NCBI RefSeq assembly: GCF_014280195.1
Contig: NZ_CP047960.1
Coordinates: 540,001 to 572,000, forward strand
DNA from: Synechococcus sp. A15-24
GTDB lineage: Bacteria; Cyanobacteriota; Cyanobacteriia; PCC-6307; Cyanobiaceae
Length of the DNA stretch: 32,000 nt
Reading direction: 5' to 3'
Shown here: piece after piece, positions 1 through 8,307 of the stretch
Layout of the letters: each line of letters opens with the position of its first letter
Position numbering within the stretch: position 1 is the stretch's first letter
Notes under the pieces: model-generated
Database searches by the model: none
What the model was told of the DNA's origin: nothing
Seen by the model: only the letters and a program-made list of their open reading frames with translations
Program-made: the position numbers and the translations under genes

Positions 1-33
1 CTGGAGCGTGGCCTGCGCTGGCGTGCTGAAGGC

Positions 34-852
34 ATGTACCGCGGTCGCTACGCCCCCTCGCCCACGGGCGCCTTGCATCTCGGCAATCTCCAGACCGCTC
101 TGTTGTCCTGGTTGCAGGCGCGCCAGGCCGGTGGTGTCTGGCTGTTGCGCATCGATGATCTCGACACCCCCCGCAACCGGCCCGGTGCTGTTGAGGCGAT
201 CCAGGACGATCTGCACTGGCTCGGGCTCGACTGGGACGGAGAGCCGATTCTGCAGAGCCGCCGCCGTGGGCTGTACGCCTCCTGGCTCTCCTGGTTGCGC
301 CGCAGCGGCGCCCTGTTCCCCTGCCGTTGCTCACGACGGGAGCTGGCAGGTCTGGCGCGCTACCCCGGCACCTGCCGTGATGGCGGTGCTGGCTGGGGGT
401 GGCGTGATCGCCGTTTGCCCAGCTGGCGGTTGCGGGTTCCCGGCCGTGATCCAGATGGCAGCGGTGACGTGGTGGTGCGCCGTGCCGACGGGTTCATCGC
501 CTACCAGTTGGCCACCGTGATCGACGAACTGGCCCTGGGCATAACTGATGTGGTGCGCGGTGAGGACCTGCGCGAGGCATTGCCCGCCCAGCGGAGTGTG
601 TATCGGGCTCTGCAGCAGCAGCCCCCCCGCTTTCACCACGGTCCGTTGCGTTGTGACGCCGAGGGGAGGAAGCTGTCGAAACGTGAGGCCAGCAGCGGGC
701 TGATGCCCTTGCGTGAGCTGGGTCTGGATGCCCCTGCAGTGGTCGGTCTTCTGGCCTCTGGCCTTGGTTGTGTGGGGCCTGGAGCCCAGCTCTCGGCGAT
801 CGAATTGCTGGATGACTTGACTCAGAAAGGGATCCGTGCTGGCCATTCTTAA
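34..852 (+). CDS. gluQ: Glutamyl-Q tRNA(Asp) synthetase (truncated GluRS paralogue)
   Basis: ATG at 34. The N-terminus 'YRGRYAPSPTGALHLGNL' is the class-I HIGH-type signature of GluRS/YadB proteins. 'KLSKR' (KMSKS-like) lies near the C-terminus. At 272 aa the protein has no anticodon-binding domain, as expected for GluQRS. Confidence 0.88.
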   Translation: MYRGRYAPSPTGALHLGNLQTALLSWLQARQAGGVWLLRIDDLDTPRNRPGAVEAIQDDLHWLGLDWDGEPILQSRRRGLYASWLSWLRRSGALFPCRCSRRELAGLARYPGTCRDGGAGWGWRDRRLPSWRLRVPGRDPDGSGDVVVRRADGFIAYQLATVIDELALGITDVVRGEDLREALPAQRSVYRALQQQPPRFHHGPLRCDAEGRKLSKREASSGLMPLRELGLDAPAVVGLLASGLGCVGPGAQLSAIELLDDLTQKGIRAGHS

Positions 853-918
853 GGAAGGCTTCGGGATCGTGCGGCTCAATTGGCCTCACACTGATTTCAA
901 CGATCCAGCGCACCGGTT

Positions 919-1107
919 ATGAGCACCTGCACCATCTGCGGAGGCAGCGGGATTCAACGCGTGTCCGGCCAGCGTTTCCAAACGTGTCTGGCCTGCCTCG
1001 GCCAGGGTCAGATCAGTGCCGCCATTCAGGCGGTTCCTTTGAATCAGCTGTCCACTTCGGATATGACCGTCACGCCGCTGAGTGGTCTGGTTCCTCAGCG
1101 GTCCTGA
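919..1107 (+). CDS. Small stand-alone DnaJ-type zinc-finger protein (two CxxCxGxG motifs)
   Basis: 62-aa ORF with an ATG start. It contains 'CTICGGSG' and 'CLACLGQG', 13 residues apart, which matches the CxxCxGxG repeat of the DnaJ cysteine-rich domain. No J-domain is present. Confidence 0.55.
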   Translation: MSTCTICGGSGIQRVSGQRFQTCLACLGQGQISAAIQAVPLNQLSTSDMTVTPLSGLVPQRS

Positions 1108-1119
1108 TCAGAGCCGTGT

Positions 1120-1305
1120 TCAGCCCAGCGGGGCCTTCTGTTTGTTGCGCACCACGAAGAAGGTGGCCGTGCCGACAACAACGACCAGCGGCACGGCGGT
1201 GAACAGCAGCAGAGCGATCGCGGTCCAGTCGGTGTACACGGCTGAGCTCGGGGGCAAAGTTGAGTCATCATCACAGCAAACCGCCTCCTGGTTTCGTGAT
1301 GGCAC
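1120..1305 (-). CDS. Hypothetical small single-pass membrane protein (start uncertain)
   Basis: The C-terminal half, 'WTAIALLLFTAVPLVVVVGTATFFVV', is followed by a basic 'RNKQK', giving one clear TM helix. In-frame candidate starts are ATG 1305, TTG 1257 and GTG 1239. The longest version overlaps the 5' end of the divergent gene at 1299, so a shorter product of about 39-45 aa is more likely. No family was recognised. Confidence 0.3.
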   Translation of the reverse strand: MPSRNQEAVCCDDDSTLPPSSAVYTDWTAIALLLFTAVPLVVVVGTATFFVVRNKQKAPLG

Positions 1306-1613
1306 GACCCGTCACAGTCGTTGCATCTCTGCTGGTTCTCAGCTGCGCAGGCGAAGTTAAGGCTGCCGGTCTGGCCGCTGTGCAGGCTGACGCCCGCCTC
1401 TGCCTGCAAGGCAGGCAGCCAGCCGCCTGCGAACGGGCGCTGGATCACACTGAGCAGCTTCAGCGCCGAGCGGCGGACCTCGAGGCCTATCCCTGTCAGA
1501 CCCTGCTGCTGGCTCTGCAGGCCGATGTGATCCTCCAGCAGCTCGGCCAGGGCCGCGGCGAGCGAGCCCTGGCCGATCTCAGTGCTGCCGGCCGCGGATG
1601 TGCCGGGTTGTGA
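1299..1613 (+). CDS. Hypothetical secreted protein or lipoprotein, Cys-containing
   Basis: An internal ATG at 1299 gives 'MARPVTVVASLLVLSCAGE', a signal peptide with a lipobox-like LSC. The mature part has three further Cys residues. The TGA stop at 1611-1613 lies 3 nt from the convergent MscS stop. Confidence 0.5.
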   Translation: MARPVTVVASLLVLSCAGEVKAAGLAAVQADARLCLQGRQPAACERALDHTEQLQRRAADLEAYPCQTLLLALQADVILQQLGQGRGERALADLSAAGRGCAGL

Positions 1614-1616
1614 GGG

Positions 1617-3221
1617 TTAGGGGAGCGTTTTTTGAATCTCCACACTGGTGGGTAGGGGGATTTCGATGCCATTGGCGGCGAAGCAATCAAGGATCCCCTT
1701 GTTCACGCGTGCAAGAGCACTGAAGAATCCACCGACATCGGTGTAGGTCGACTCCATCAAGACCATGAAATCCAGGCTGTAATCCGAGATGGCGGAAAGG
1801 CGGCAAACACTCAGGGTCAGGTTGGGATCGTTGTTGATGATGTCGGCCAGAAGATCGGGGATGCGATCCACCATCTCCAGAGGTGTGTCTCGAGCAACTC
1901 TGATCGATTGCTTGAGGTTTTTCACAACGGCAATGATTAGCTTGATATCTCCAAGAATGGATTGTCGGACGCTTAAGTAGTCCTCCCAACTGGAAATGCG
2001 CACTTCGGCCAGCACTGTCAGGCTGAGCGCGCCACTCGGGCTTTCGTCGTAGTGGGCGCAATGACTTGTGAGCGATTGAATCCCCGCCAGGTAATCGCAG
2101 CTACGTTGGGTGATGGCATTCAGCTGGCCAATGCCAAGGCCTAAGGGAAGTGATAGAACAAATTCGATGGTTTGGAGAGGATGCTGCAGCCCGCCCCTCT
2201 TCTGCAAGGTCTGGCGTGTGAAATTAACGATCGTCGTGTCATCCACCTTGTTATTGGGAATGGTGACATTTGCTGAAAGGGTGGAGAGCTCGATTGAGCG
2301 CAGCCCGATCCGTTTGACGAAGCCAAGCTTGTCGCCAACCTGGCAGAACTCTCCAACACGAATGGGGCGATCGGACTGGATGGAGATGCCGGCAAAGATG
2401 TTGCCAAGCAACTTGGATGCTCCCAAGCCAATCGCCAAGCCTGGTACGGCTGAAAAGGCCAGAACGGTATTGCTTGGCATTCCAAGTCGCAGCAAAAGTT
2501 GGTAGATGATCAGGACTGCTGTCAGCGCGCCGAGGAAGCGACATATCGGTAGAAGAACGTTTTGGATGCGTTTGCGCTCCAGGTCTGATTTGCTGCGTTT
2601 GAAACTCAGGATCCAGTGAGAACTGGTGCGGCCCAGGGCCTCGAACAGCAGGATGATGGATCCGCCGAACGCGACATAGGCCAGCATGTCGAAACAGAAG
2701 TCGATATTGCGAAGCCACCATCCGGTGATGTTGATTTTGTTATCGATCAACCGAAGTGTGAAAACCGAGAGAGGTGCGATGGGCGCAATCAGAAAAAAGC
2801 GTCTCCAGGCAGTATTTTCGACTTTCCAGAACCGAACTTTCCGATCGGAGGTGAAGTCTTTGACGTAGCGGAATGTGTTCAGGAATGTGTAAATCAGAAG
2901 CCCCACAATGGGCAGGTAAATTCCAATAAAAATCAGTGTTAGTGTGATTTGGAGGAGGCTCTGTTCACCTATCGGTAATTCTAGAAATGAGCGAATGTCC
3001 TTGGGCAGCAGGAGATAGGCCTTGGGTGGAACCAGGTATCCAGGGGTGTAGGTGTAGGTGGAATACCCATGGCGTGGCGTAGGAGTTGCTCTCACTGGCA
3101 GTTCCCGTTTCGCGGATACTGGCGACGTATTGGTAGCCCTTGTCGACATTGTCGAGGGTTCGTTTCGTGAACTGGTAATAGGGAATATCAGCTCCTTCTT
3201 GAAGTTTCGAAGCCAGGGCAA
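1617..3221 (-). CDS. MscS-family mechanosensitive ion channel (multi-TM N-terminal part; true 5' end uncertain)
   Basis: The MscS core signature is 'LGNIFAGISIQSDRPIRVGEFCQVGDKLGFVKRIGLRSIELSTLSANVTIPNNKV', covering the pore helix and the beta-domain (PN motif). About five TM helices precede it. The longest ORF overlaps the upstream ORF by 257 nt in another frame (see findings). Confidence 0.85.
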   Translation of the reverse strand: MPWLRNFKKELIFPITSSRNEPSTMSTRATNTSPVSAKRELPVRATPTPRHGYSTYTYTPGYLVPPKAYLLLPKDIRSFLELPIGEQSLLQITLTLIFIGIYLPIVGLLIYTFLNTFRYVKDFTSDRKVRFWKVENTAWRRFFLIAPIAPLSVFTLRLIDNKINITGWWLRNIDFCFDMLAYVAFGGSIILLFEALGRTSSHWILSFKRSKSDLERKRIQNVLLPICRFLGALTAVLIIYQLLLRLGMPSNTVLAFSAVPGLAIGLGASKLLGNIFAGISIQSDRPIRVGEFCQVGDKLGFVKRIGLRSIELSTLSANVTIPNNKVDDTTIVNFTRQTLQKRGGLQHPLQTIEFVLSLPLGLGIGQLNAITQRSCDYLAGIQSLTSHCAHYDESPSGALSLTVLAEVRISSWEDYLSVRQSILGDIKLIIAVVKNLKQSIRVARDTPLEMVDRIPDLLADIINNDPNLTLSVCRLSAISDYSLDFMVLMESTYTDVGGFFSALARVNKGILDCFAANGIEIPLPTSVEIQKTLP

Positions 3222-3816
3222 TCATCGACCCAGCTAGGCGCCAGAAACCCTTTTCGGTGCGGCTTGGAAGTTCAATCGGTGTCTCGGAGTTACTGAGGAC
3301 ATAGTCGAGAATCTCCTTCAGTTTTAGAGCAGCTTCTTCCTGTGTGTTCTCGCGGATGCTTTCGGGTAACTCCGAGGCATCGATCGTCTGTACAGCTGAT
3401 CGGAACAGGCGCTCGGCCTCTTCAATTTTTTGACGTGACTTCGCGCTCCACCTCAAGCCTGGGTCGGTTCGGGCTTCATCCGCAACACTGCGAACCAGTT
3501 GCCCTGCTCGGGCCATGGCCGAATAGAACTTGATCAGGCTGAGTCGGGGATTGGTGTCAACGACCTGACCCAGAAAGCCGCTGTCCCAGCGGCTTCGCCA
3601 GGTCTCCAGGTCGGCATAGAAAGGTTGATCTTCGAGCCGGATTGGTGCGGCTTGGCTGTCGACAGCCGTGTTGATTGGCGCTGCAACAGCGTCGACTGCT
3701 GTGTACCCAACGGAGGGCGTCAGCCCGACGCCGATCCAAGCGCTCAGCAGCACAAGAGCTGCCAGCAAGCCAGCCTTGAACTGGCGTCTCAAACCCTTGA
3801 ACGTCATGAGGGTCAC
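2965..3816 (-). CDS. Signal-peptide-bearing helical protein. It is either a separate periplasmic protein or the frame-shifted N-terminal domain of the MscS channel.
   Basis: The N-terminus 'KAGLLAALVLLSAWIGVGL' looks like a signal peptide and is followed by about 230 aa of protein-like, helix-rich sequence. The last ~45 codons ('...WVFHLHLHPWIPGSTQGLSPAAQGHSLISRITDR') look non-native and coincide with the open MscS frame. Confidence 0.55.
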   Translation of the reverse strand: MTLMTFKGLRRQFKAGLLAALVLLSAWIGVGLTPSVGYTAVDAVAAPINTAVDSQAAPIRLEDQPFYADLETWRSRWDSGFLGQVVDTNPRLSLIKFYSAMARAGQLVRSVADEARTDPGLRWSAKSRQKIEEAERLFRSAVQTIDASELPESIRENTQEEAALKLKEILDYVLSNSETPIELPSRTEKGFWRLAGSMIALASKLQEGADIPYYQFTKRTLDNVDKGYQYVASIRETGTASESNSYATPWVFHLHLHPWIPGSTQGLSPAAQGHSLISRITDR

Positions 3817-3856
3817 GTCAAAGGATCTGGCCGGAGGTTAAAGGCAATGACGCGCG

Positions 3857-4585
3857 TTAGCCCCGCCTCTCCCGGTGCATCCAGCTGATCCAGTCCGCTG
3901 AGATCTCCTGAGGGCATGCGGCTTCACATTCGAGGTGGCTGCTGCAGCTTCCGAATCCTTCCGTCACCATTTGGTCTTGCATGGCTTTTGCCCTGGATGC
4001 CCGTTCCGGTTGGCCCTGGGGGAGTTGCCCCAGGTGCGCCAATTTGGCGGCCACGAACAGGCTGGCGGACGCATTCCTGCAGCTGGCCACACAGGCTCCG
4101 CAGCCGATGCAGGTGGCTGTGCTGAAGGCGCTGGTGGCCTGGTCGCGTCCCACCGGCAGGGCATTGCCATCCGGCGCCTGGCCGGTGCCGGTGGAGCAGT
4201 AGCCACCGGCCGCGATCAGTCGGTCCAAGGCAGAGCGGTCCACCATTAGATCCTGAATCGCAGGGAAGGCCTTGGCCCGCCATGGCTCAAGCGTGAGTTC
4301 CGCGCCGTCCTCGAATTCCCGGAGATAGAGCTGACACACCGACGTGGCAATACGGGGGCCGTGGGCCTGGCCGTTCACGAGGAAGCCGCAACTGCCGCAG
4401 ATGCCCTCCCGGCAATCGTGCTCAAAGCTCACCGGTCGTTCCCCGGCGCTGATCAGCTGCTCGTTCAGTTGATCGAGGGCCTCCAGCAGCGACACATCCG
4501 GCGAAACATCGGCAAGTCCATGACGCTCGTACCGGCCGGGTTGGTCTGCGGCGGGCTGGCGCCAGATGCGCAGGGTGATCTTCAT
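3857..4585 (-). CDS. sdhB: Succinate dehydrogenase/fumarate reductase iron-sulfur subunit
   Basis: Three Fe-S cluster motifs are present: '[10 protein letters not shown]' (2Fe-2S), '[11 protein letters not shown]' (4Fe-4S) and '[12 protein letters not shown]' (3Fe-4S). The ATG at 4585 overlaps the sdhA TGA (ATGA). Confidence 0.92.
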   Translation of the reverse strand: MKITLRIWRQPAADQPGRYERHGLADVSPDVSLLEALDQLNEQLISAGERPVSFEHDCREGICGSCGFLVNGQAHGPRIATSVCQLYLREFEDGAELTLEPWRAKAFPAIQDLMVDRSALDRLIAAGGYCSTGTGQAPDGNALPVGRDQATSAFSTATCIGCGACVASCRNASASLFVAAKLAHLGQLPQGQPERASRAKAMQDQMVTEGFGSCSSHLECEAACPQEISADWISWMHRERRG

Positions 4586-6498
4586 CGGTAGCTGCGGGTG
4601 CTCGGTTGCAGGGCGGTGAACTGCAACGTTTCGCTGTGGCGGATCGGCTCCGCACCATCCTGGTGTTCCCAGGCAGCGATGTGGGCGAAGTTGACGTCAT
4701 CGCGCCGTGCTTCACCCTCCGGGCTCTGGTGCTCCTCACGGAAGTGGGCACCGCAGGACTCCTCCCGCGCCAGGGCATCGCGCAGCATCAGCTGTGCCAA
4801 CCCGAAGAAATCACTCACCCGCAGCGCTTTCTCCAGTTCCGCGTTGGGCCCTGCCGCTTCTCCCGGCACCCGCACTTCACCGTGGAAGCGCTTCTCCAAA
4901 GCCTCCACCTGGCTGAGTCCGTCCCGGAGACCTTCGGCATCGCGGCTGATGCCGCAGCTATCGATCATCACGGCCCCGAGTTCCCGGTGGAAGCTGTCCA
5001 CAGGAGTTGTGCCTCCACTGCCCAGCATCGTCTCGATCCGACGGAGGGTGCTCTCCAGGGCTTCTCGGCAGGCCGAATGATCAGGCGTGACGTCCGGGGC
5101 TGCGTTGCCCGCCAGCCAGGCTGTCACCGTGGACGGGGCAATGAAATACCCGTCGGCCAATCCCTGCATCAACGCACTAGCCCCCAGGCGGTTGGCGCCG
5201 TGTTCGGAGTAGTTCGCCTCCCCGAGCACGAACAACCCCGGGATCGAGCTCATCAACTGATAGTCCACCCACAGGCCGCCCATCGTGTAGTGGGGGGCGG
5301 GGTAAATCCGCATCGGTTTGCGGTAGGGATCGTCGCCGCTGATCCGCTCGTACATCTTCATCAAGTTGCCGTAGCGGGCGGCGATAGCCTCGCGGCCTTC
5401 CGTCTTGATCGCATCGGTGAGATCCAGAAACACCGAGAGGCCACCGGGCCCGACGCCCCGCCCTGCATTGCACAGCTCCCGCGCCCGGCGGGAGGCCACA
5501 TCCCGTGGCGCCATGTTGCCGTAGCTGGGATACAGCCGCTCCAGGAAATAGTCGCGCTCCTGTTCCGGGATGTCCTCGGCGGATCGCTGGTCGCCCGTTT
5601 CGAGCGGCAGCCAAATGCGGCCGTCGTTGCGCAGGCTTTCGCTCATCAGCGTGAGCTTGCTCTGGAAGGCATCACCGCTGGGAATGCAGGTGGGGTGGAT
5701 CTGGGTGAAGCAGGGGTTGGCGAACAGGGCGCCCTTGCGGTGGGCCCGCCAGATGGCGCTGGCGTTGGATTTCAGCGCATTTGTTGAGAGGAAGTAGACG
5801 TTGCTGTAGCCCCCGGTGCAGAGCAGCACCGTGCGGGCGGTGTGAATTTCCAACGCACCGCTGAGCAGATGGCGGGCTACCACGCCCCGCGCAACACCAT
5901 CAACGGTGATTAGCTCGAGCACATCACGGCGGGTGAGCAGTCGGACCCGGCCAAGCTCCACCTGACGCATCAATGCCTGGTAGGCGCCATAGAGCAACTG
6001 CTGACCGGTCTGACCGCGGGCGTAGAAGGTACGGCTCACCAGGGCGCCGCCGAAACTACGGGTGGCCAGGCTGCCGCCGTATTCTCGGGCGAAGGGCACG
6101 CCCTGGGCCACGCATTGATCAATGATGCCGCTGCTGATTTCCGCCAGCCGCTGGCAGCCGCTTTCACGGGCGCGGAAATCACCTCCCTTGAGCGTGTCGG
6201 TGAACAGGCGGCTGACGCTGTCGCCGTCCACGGCGACCGATCGCGCCGCATTGATGCCGCCCTGGGCCGCCACCGAATGGGCCCGCCGCGGGCTGTCGTG
6301 GAAGCTCAGCACCGTCACCCGGTAGCCCTGCTGGGCCAGGGTGGCGGCGGCAGAGGCACCCGCCAGGCCGGTGCCCACCACCAGCACATCGATCTGGCCT
6401 TTGCGCAGGGGGCTGATCAGGGGCAGTCCCTCCTTGGTGCGCTGCCAGGCATCGGCGATCGGTCCGGCAGGAATGCGCGGGTCGGGCAGGCCGCTCAT
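4582..6498 (-). CDS. sdhA: Succinate dehydrogenase/fumarate reductase flavoprotein subunit
   Basis: '[15 protein letters not shown]' is an FAD Rossmann motif, and '[14 protein letters not shown]' is the covalent-FAD histidine motif. I placed the start at ATG 6498, not the ORF-track 6699. That ATG forms an ATGA overlap with the sdhC stop, and the 67 upstream codons are Arg/Pro-rich and lie inside sdhC. Confidence 0.93.
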   Translation of the reverse strand: MSGLPDPRIPAGPIADAWQRTKEGLPLISPLRKGQIDVLVVGTGLAGASAAATLAQQGYRVTVLSFHDSPRRAHSVAAQGGINAARSVAVDGDSVSRLFTDTLKGGDFRARESGCQRLAEISSGIIDQCVAQGVPFAREYGGSLATRSFGGALVSRTFYARGQTGQQLLYGAYQALMRQVELGRVRLLTRRDVLELITVDGVARGVVARHLLSGALEIHTARTVLLCTGGYSNVYFLSTNALKSNASAIWRAHRKGALFANPCFTQIHPTCIPSGDAFQSKLTLMSESLRNDGRIWLPLETGDQRSAEDIPEQERDYFLERLYPSYGNMAPRDVASRRARELCNAGRGVGPGGLSVFLDLTDAIKTEGREAIAARYGNLMKMYERISGDDPYRKPMRIYPAPHYTMGGLWVDYQLMSSIPGLFVLGEANYSEHGANRLGASALMQGLADGYFIAPSTVTAWLAGNAAPDVTPDHSACREALESTLRRIETMLGSGGTTPVDSFHRELGAVMIDSCGISRDAEGLRDGLSQVEALEKRFHGEVRVPGEAAGPNAELEKALRVSDFFGLAQLMLRDALAREESCGAHFREEHQSPEGEARRDDVNFAHIAAWEHQDGAEPIRHSETLQFTALQPSTRSYR

Positions 6499-7187
6499 GC
6501 GACACCTCCCAGGGCCAGCAGCACACTGATCGTCAGGAAACCGCCGCCGACCAGGGCGGCGAGAACGCCTGCTACTGCGCGCAGGGCGCTGCTGTTGGCA
6601 GGTGTCAGCCAGCCCAGGCTGCGGTGGGCAGCTTCGGCTCCGTGCAGCAGATGCAGGGCCAGGGCCACTGCCGCAGCGACATAGAGGAAAGCGTTCCACG
6701 GCTGCTGCAGCACCTGGATCAACGTGGCGGCTTCCTCGCCAGCTGCGGGGCGGGGCCAGCGCAGCTGGCGCAGGTGCATCACAAGAAATCCCAGGGTCAC
6801 CATTCCGGCCACCACCGTGCTGCGGCTGGCCAGGGCTGCCAGAGGGGATTGGCGACGACTTCTGAGGGTCGCGGTGTTGCCGGCTCTGCGGTTGGCCATG
6901 GCCTTGGCCAGGGTGAGGCTGATGTGAACGATGGCCAGCAGCAGCAGGCCGCTCTCAACCACAGGCAGCCATGTGCTGCTGTGCAGGGCAGTGGCGTAGG
7001 CCTCGAACTGCTCAGGGGCCAGCACCGCTGGAAGCAGGCCAATCAGATGCACCAGCACAAATAGCACCAGCAGCAATCCGCTGAAGGCGGCACCCGTGCG
7101 GACAAGGGATGCAGGGACCTTGGCTATAGGGATGGTGACCAAAGCAGGCTCGGCACGTCCGTGATTGGGTCCATGCTCCCTGATCAC
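6495..7187 (-). CDS. sdhC: Succinate dehydrogenase/fumarate reductase membrane anchor, single large di-haem cytochrome b (b558 / Bacillus type-B like)
   Basis: There are about five TM helices. His residues in consecutive helices (ORF positions 47, 88, 138, 179/182) are spaced about 41-50 aa apart, as expected for four haem ligands. The gene sits directly upstream of sdhA with an ATGA overlap. The start is uncertain: ATG 7187, or TTG 7142. Confidence 0.72.
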   Translation of the reverse strand: MIREHGPNHGRAEPALVTIPIAKVPASLVRTGAAFSGLLLVLFVLVHLIGLLPAVLAPEQFEAYATALHSSTWLPVVESGLLLLAIVHISLTLAKAMANRRAGNTATLRSRRQSPLAALASRSTVVAGMVTLGFLVMHLRQLRWPRPAAGEEAATLIQVLQQPWNAFLYVAAAVALALHLLHGAEAAHRSLGWLTPANSSALRAVAGVLAALVGGGFLTISVLLALGGVA

Positions 7188-8307
7188 GGCAACCGTTGTG
7201 ATTCCTCAACGGCGTTGTCATGGTGGGTTGAGAGCAGAGTCGCCGCAGCTCGTGCCCGTTGTGCCACATCGCCATCGCTGGTGGATTGCCCTGGTTGCCG
7301 CTGCATTTGCCCTCACGCTGGCCTTGGGGTTGGGGCGGCCGTCGCAGGCGCCGCCCCCACTAGCAGAACGTTCGGATGCTCATGCGGCGATTGACTGGGG
7401 CACGGTGAAGGCTGCGCCGACTGCTCCAGCTGAGCCGCTGCTGCAGATGGGTGCCTACATCACCAACATCAGCGACATCGACCTGATGGATGACCAGTTC
7501 TCCATTGAACTGCTGCTTTGGACCATTTGGCATGGAGAAACGGATCAGAACCCCAGTGATCAATTGCGCGTCCTCAACGGCATCTACAACGGAGATATTC
7601 AGCGCTTTGAGCGGATCCGCCGGGATCAGACTGATGGTCATAGTTGGAGCCTTTACAAGGTGCGTTCACCGGTGGTAAAGCGCTGGCGCCTGCAGCGTTA
7701 TCCCTTCGACGATCAGCTGCTGCACGTTCAGATCGGTCTGGATGATCCTCTGCAGCCGGTGAACCTGGACGTGGTGCCCACGCAGCCCTGCAGCGTGACC
7801 CCCAGCCTGCTGCTGCCGGGTTGGACCCTGAAAGATCCGACGGGTTACGCCTCCAGCATCAGCCTGATGAATGATCTGGGCCGTCCTCCCGCCGCCGGCG
7901 TCGCCGTGCGCCGGCAACCCACCGTGTCGTTTGACCTGCCGATCCAGCGGCGCAGCCTGCTGTTCGTCGCGCCCGATTTCCTCGGCTATTTGTTGGCTGT
8001 CGGCCTTTGCTGCATGAGTCTGCTGATCACCCGCAGCCGGGATGATCTGATCCTCGCGGCGGTGGTGTCCGCCGGCGGTAACTACGTGTTCATTGCCGGC
8101 AATCTTCCGGTGACGGCGATGACGGGCTTCATCGGAAATCTGCAATTGATCATTTTCCTGGGGATTCTTTACGTCGTCGGTGCTGATGAATTGATCGACA
8201 ATCAGCTCAGTCTGATCAGTACAAGGGTTGCCGAGGGGCTGCGGGTGCTGTTGCTGCCCAGTTATGTGGCGATGACCTTGCTGGGCATCTGGTGGATCAT
8301 TCCATGA
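7165..8307 (+). CDS. Prokaryotic pentameric ligand-gated ion channel (Cys-loop receptor superfamily) homologue
   Basis: A signal/anchor segment 'WWIALVAAAFALTLALG' is followed by a beta-rich ~175-aa ectodomain. It contains 'FSIELLLWTIW' and the hallmark 'YPFDDQLLHVQIGL' (compare FPFDxQ in the Cys-loop). 'IQRRSLLF' and four TM helices follow: M1 'FLGYLLAVGLCCMSLLI', M2 ending in 'GNLP', then M3 and M4, with a very short M3-M4 loop as in the bacterial members GLIC/ELIC. The likely true start is GTG 7252 or 7261, because ATG 7165 would overlap the sdhC 5' end. Confidence 0.75.
   Translation: MGPCSLITATVVIPQRRCHGGLRAESPQLVPVVPHRHRWWIALVAAAFALTLALGLGRPSQAPPPLAERSDAHAAIDWGTVKAAPTAPAEPLLQMGAYITNISDIDLMDDQFSIELLLWTIWHGETDQNPSDQLRVLNGIYNGDIQRFERIRRDQTDGHSWSLYKVRSPVVKRWRLQRYPFDDQLLHVQIGLDDPLQPVNLDVVPTQPCSVTPSLLLPGWTLKDPTGYASSISLMNDLGRPPAAGVAVRRQPTVSFDLPIQRRSLLFVAPDFLGYLLAVGLCCMSLLITRSRDDLILAAVVSAGGNYVFIAGNLPVTAMTGFIGNLQLIIFLGILYVVGADELIDNQLSLISTRVAEGLRVLLLPSYVAMTLLGIWWIIP

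Noticed and set aside
3-29. A possible 3' end of an upstream plus-strand gene (frame 3, TGA at 27-29)
   Set aside because: Only 8 codons are visible, which is too little to support a feature.
8-520. A 170-aa ORF in an alternative frame over gluQ
   Set aside because: It is an out-of-frame overlap with a clearly recognisable GluQRS gene, and its translation is Cys/Ala/Pro-rich with no motifs.
6499-6699. A 67-codon N-terminal extension of the sdhA ORF in the track
   Set aside because: The extension is Arg/Pro/Ser-rich junk lying inside sdhC. The internal ATG at 6498 gives a normal SdhA N-terminus and an ATGA junction with the sdhC stop.
7142-7261. Apparent head-to-head overlap of the sdhC (ATG 7187) and channel (ATG 7165) 5' ends
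   Set aside because: This is probably an artefact of taking the longest ORFs. Downstream in-frame starts (TTG 7142 for sdhC; GTG 7252 or 7261 for the channel, just before its signal/anchor helix) would restore a normal divergent intergenic region.
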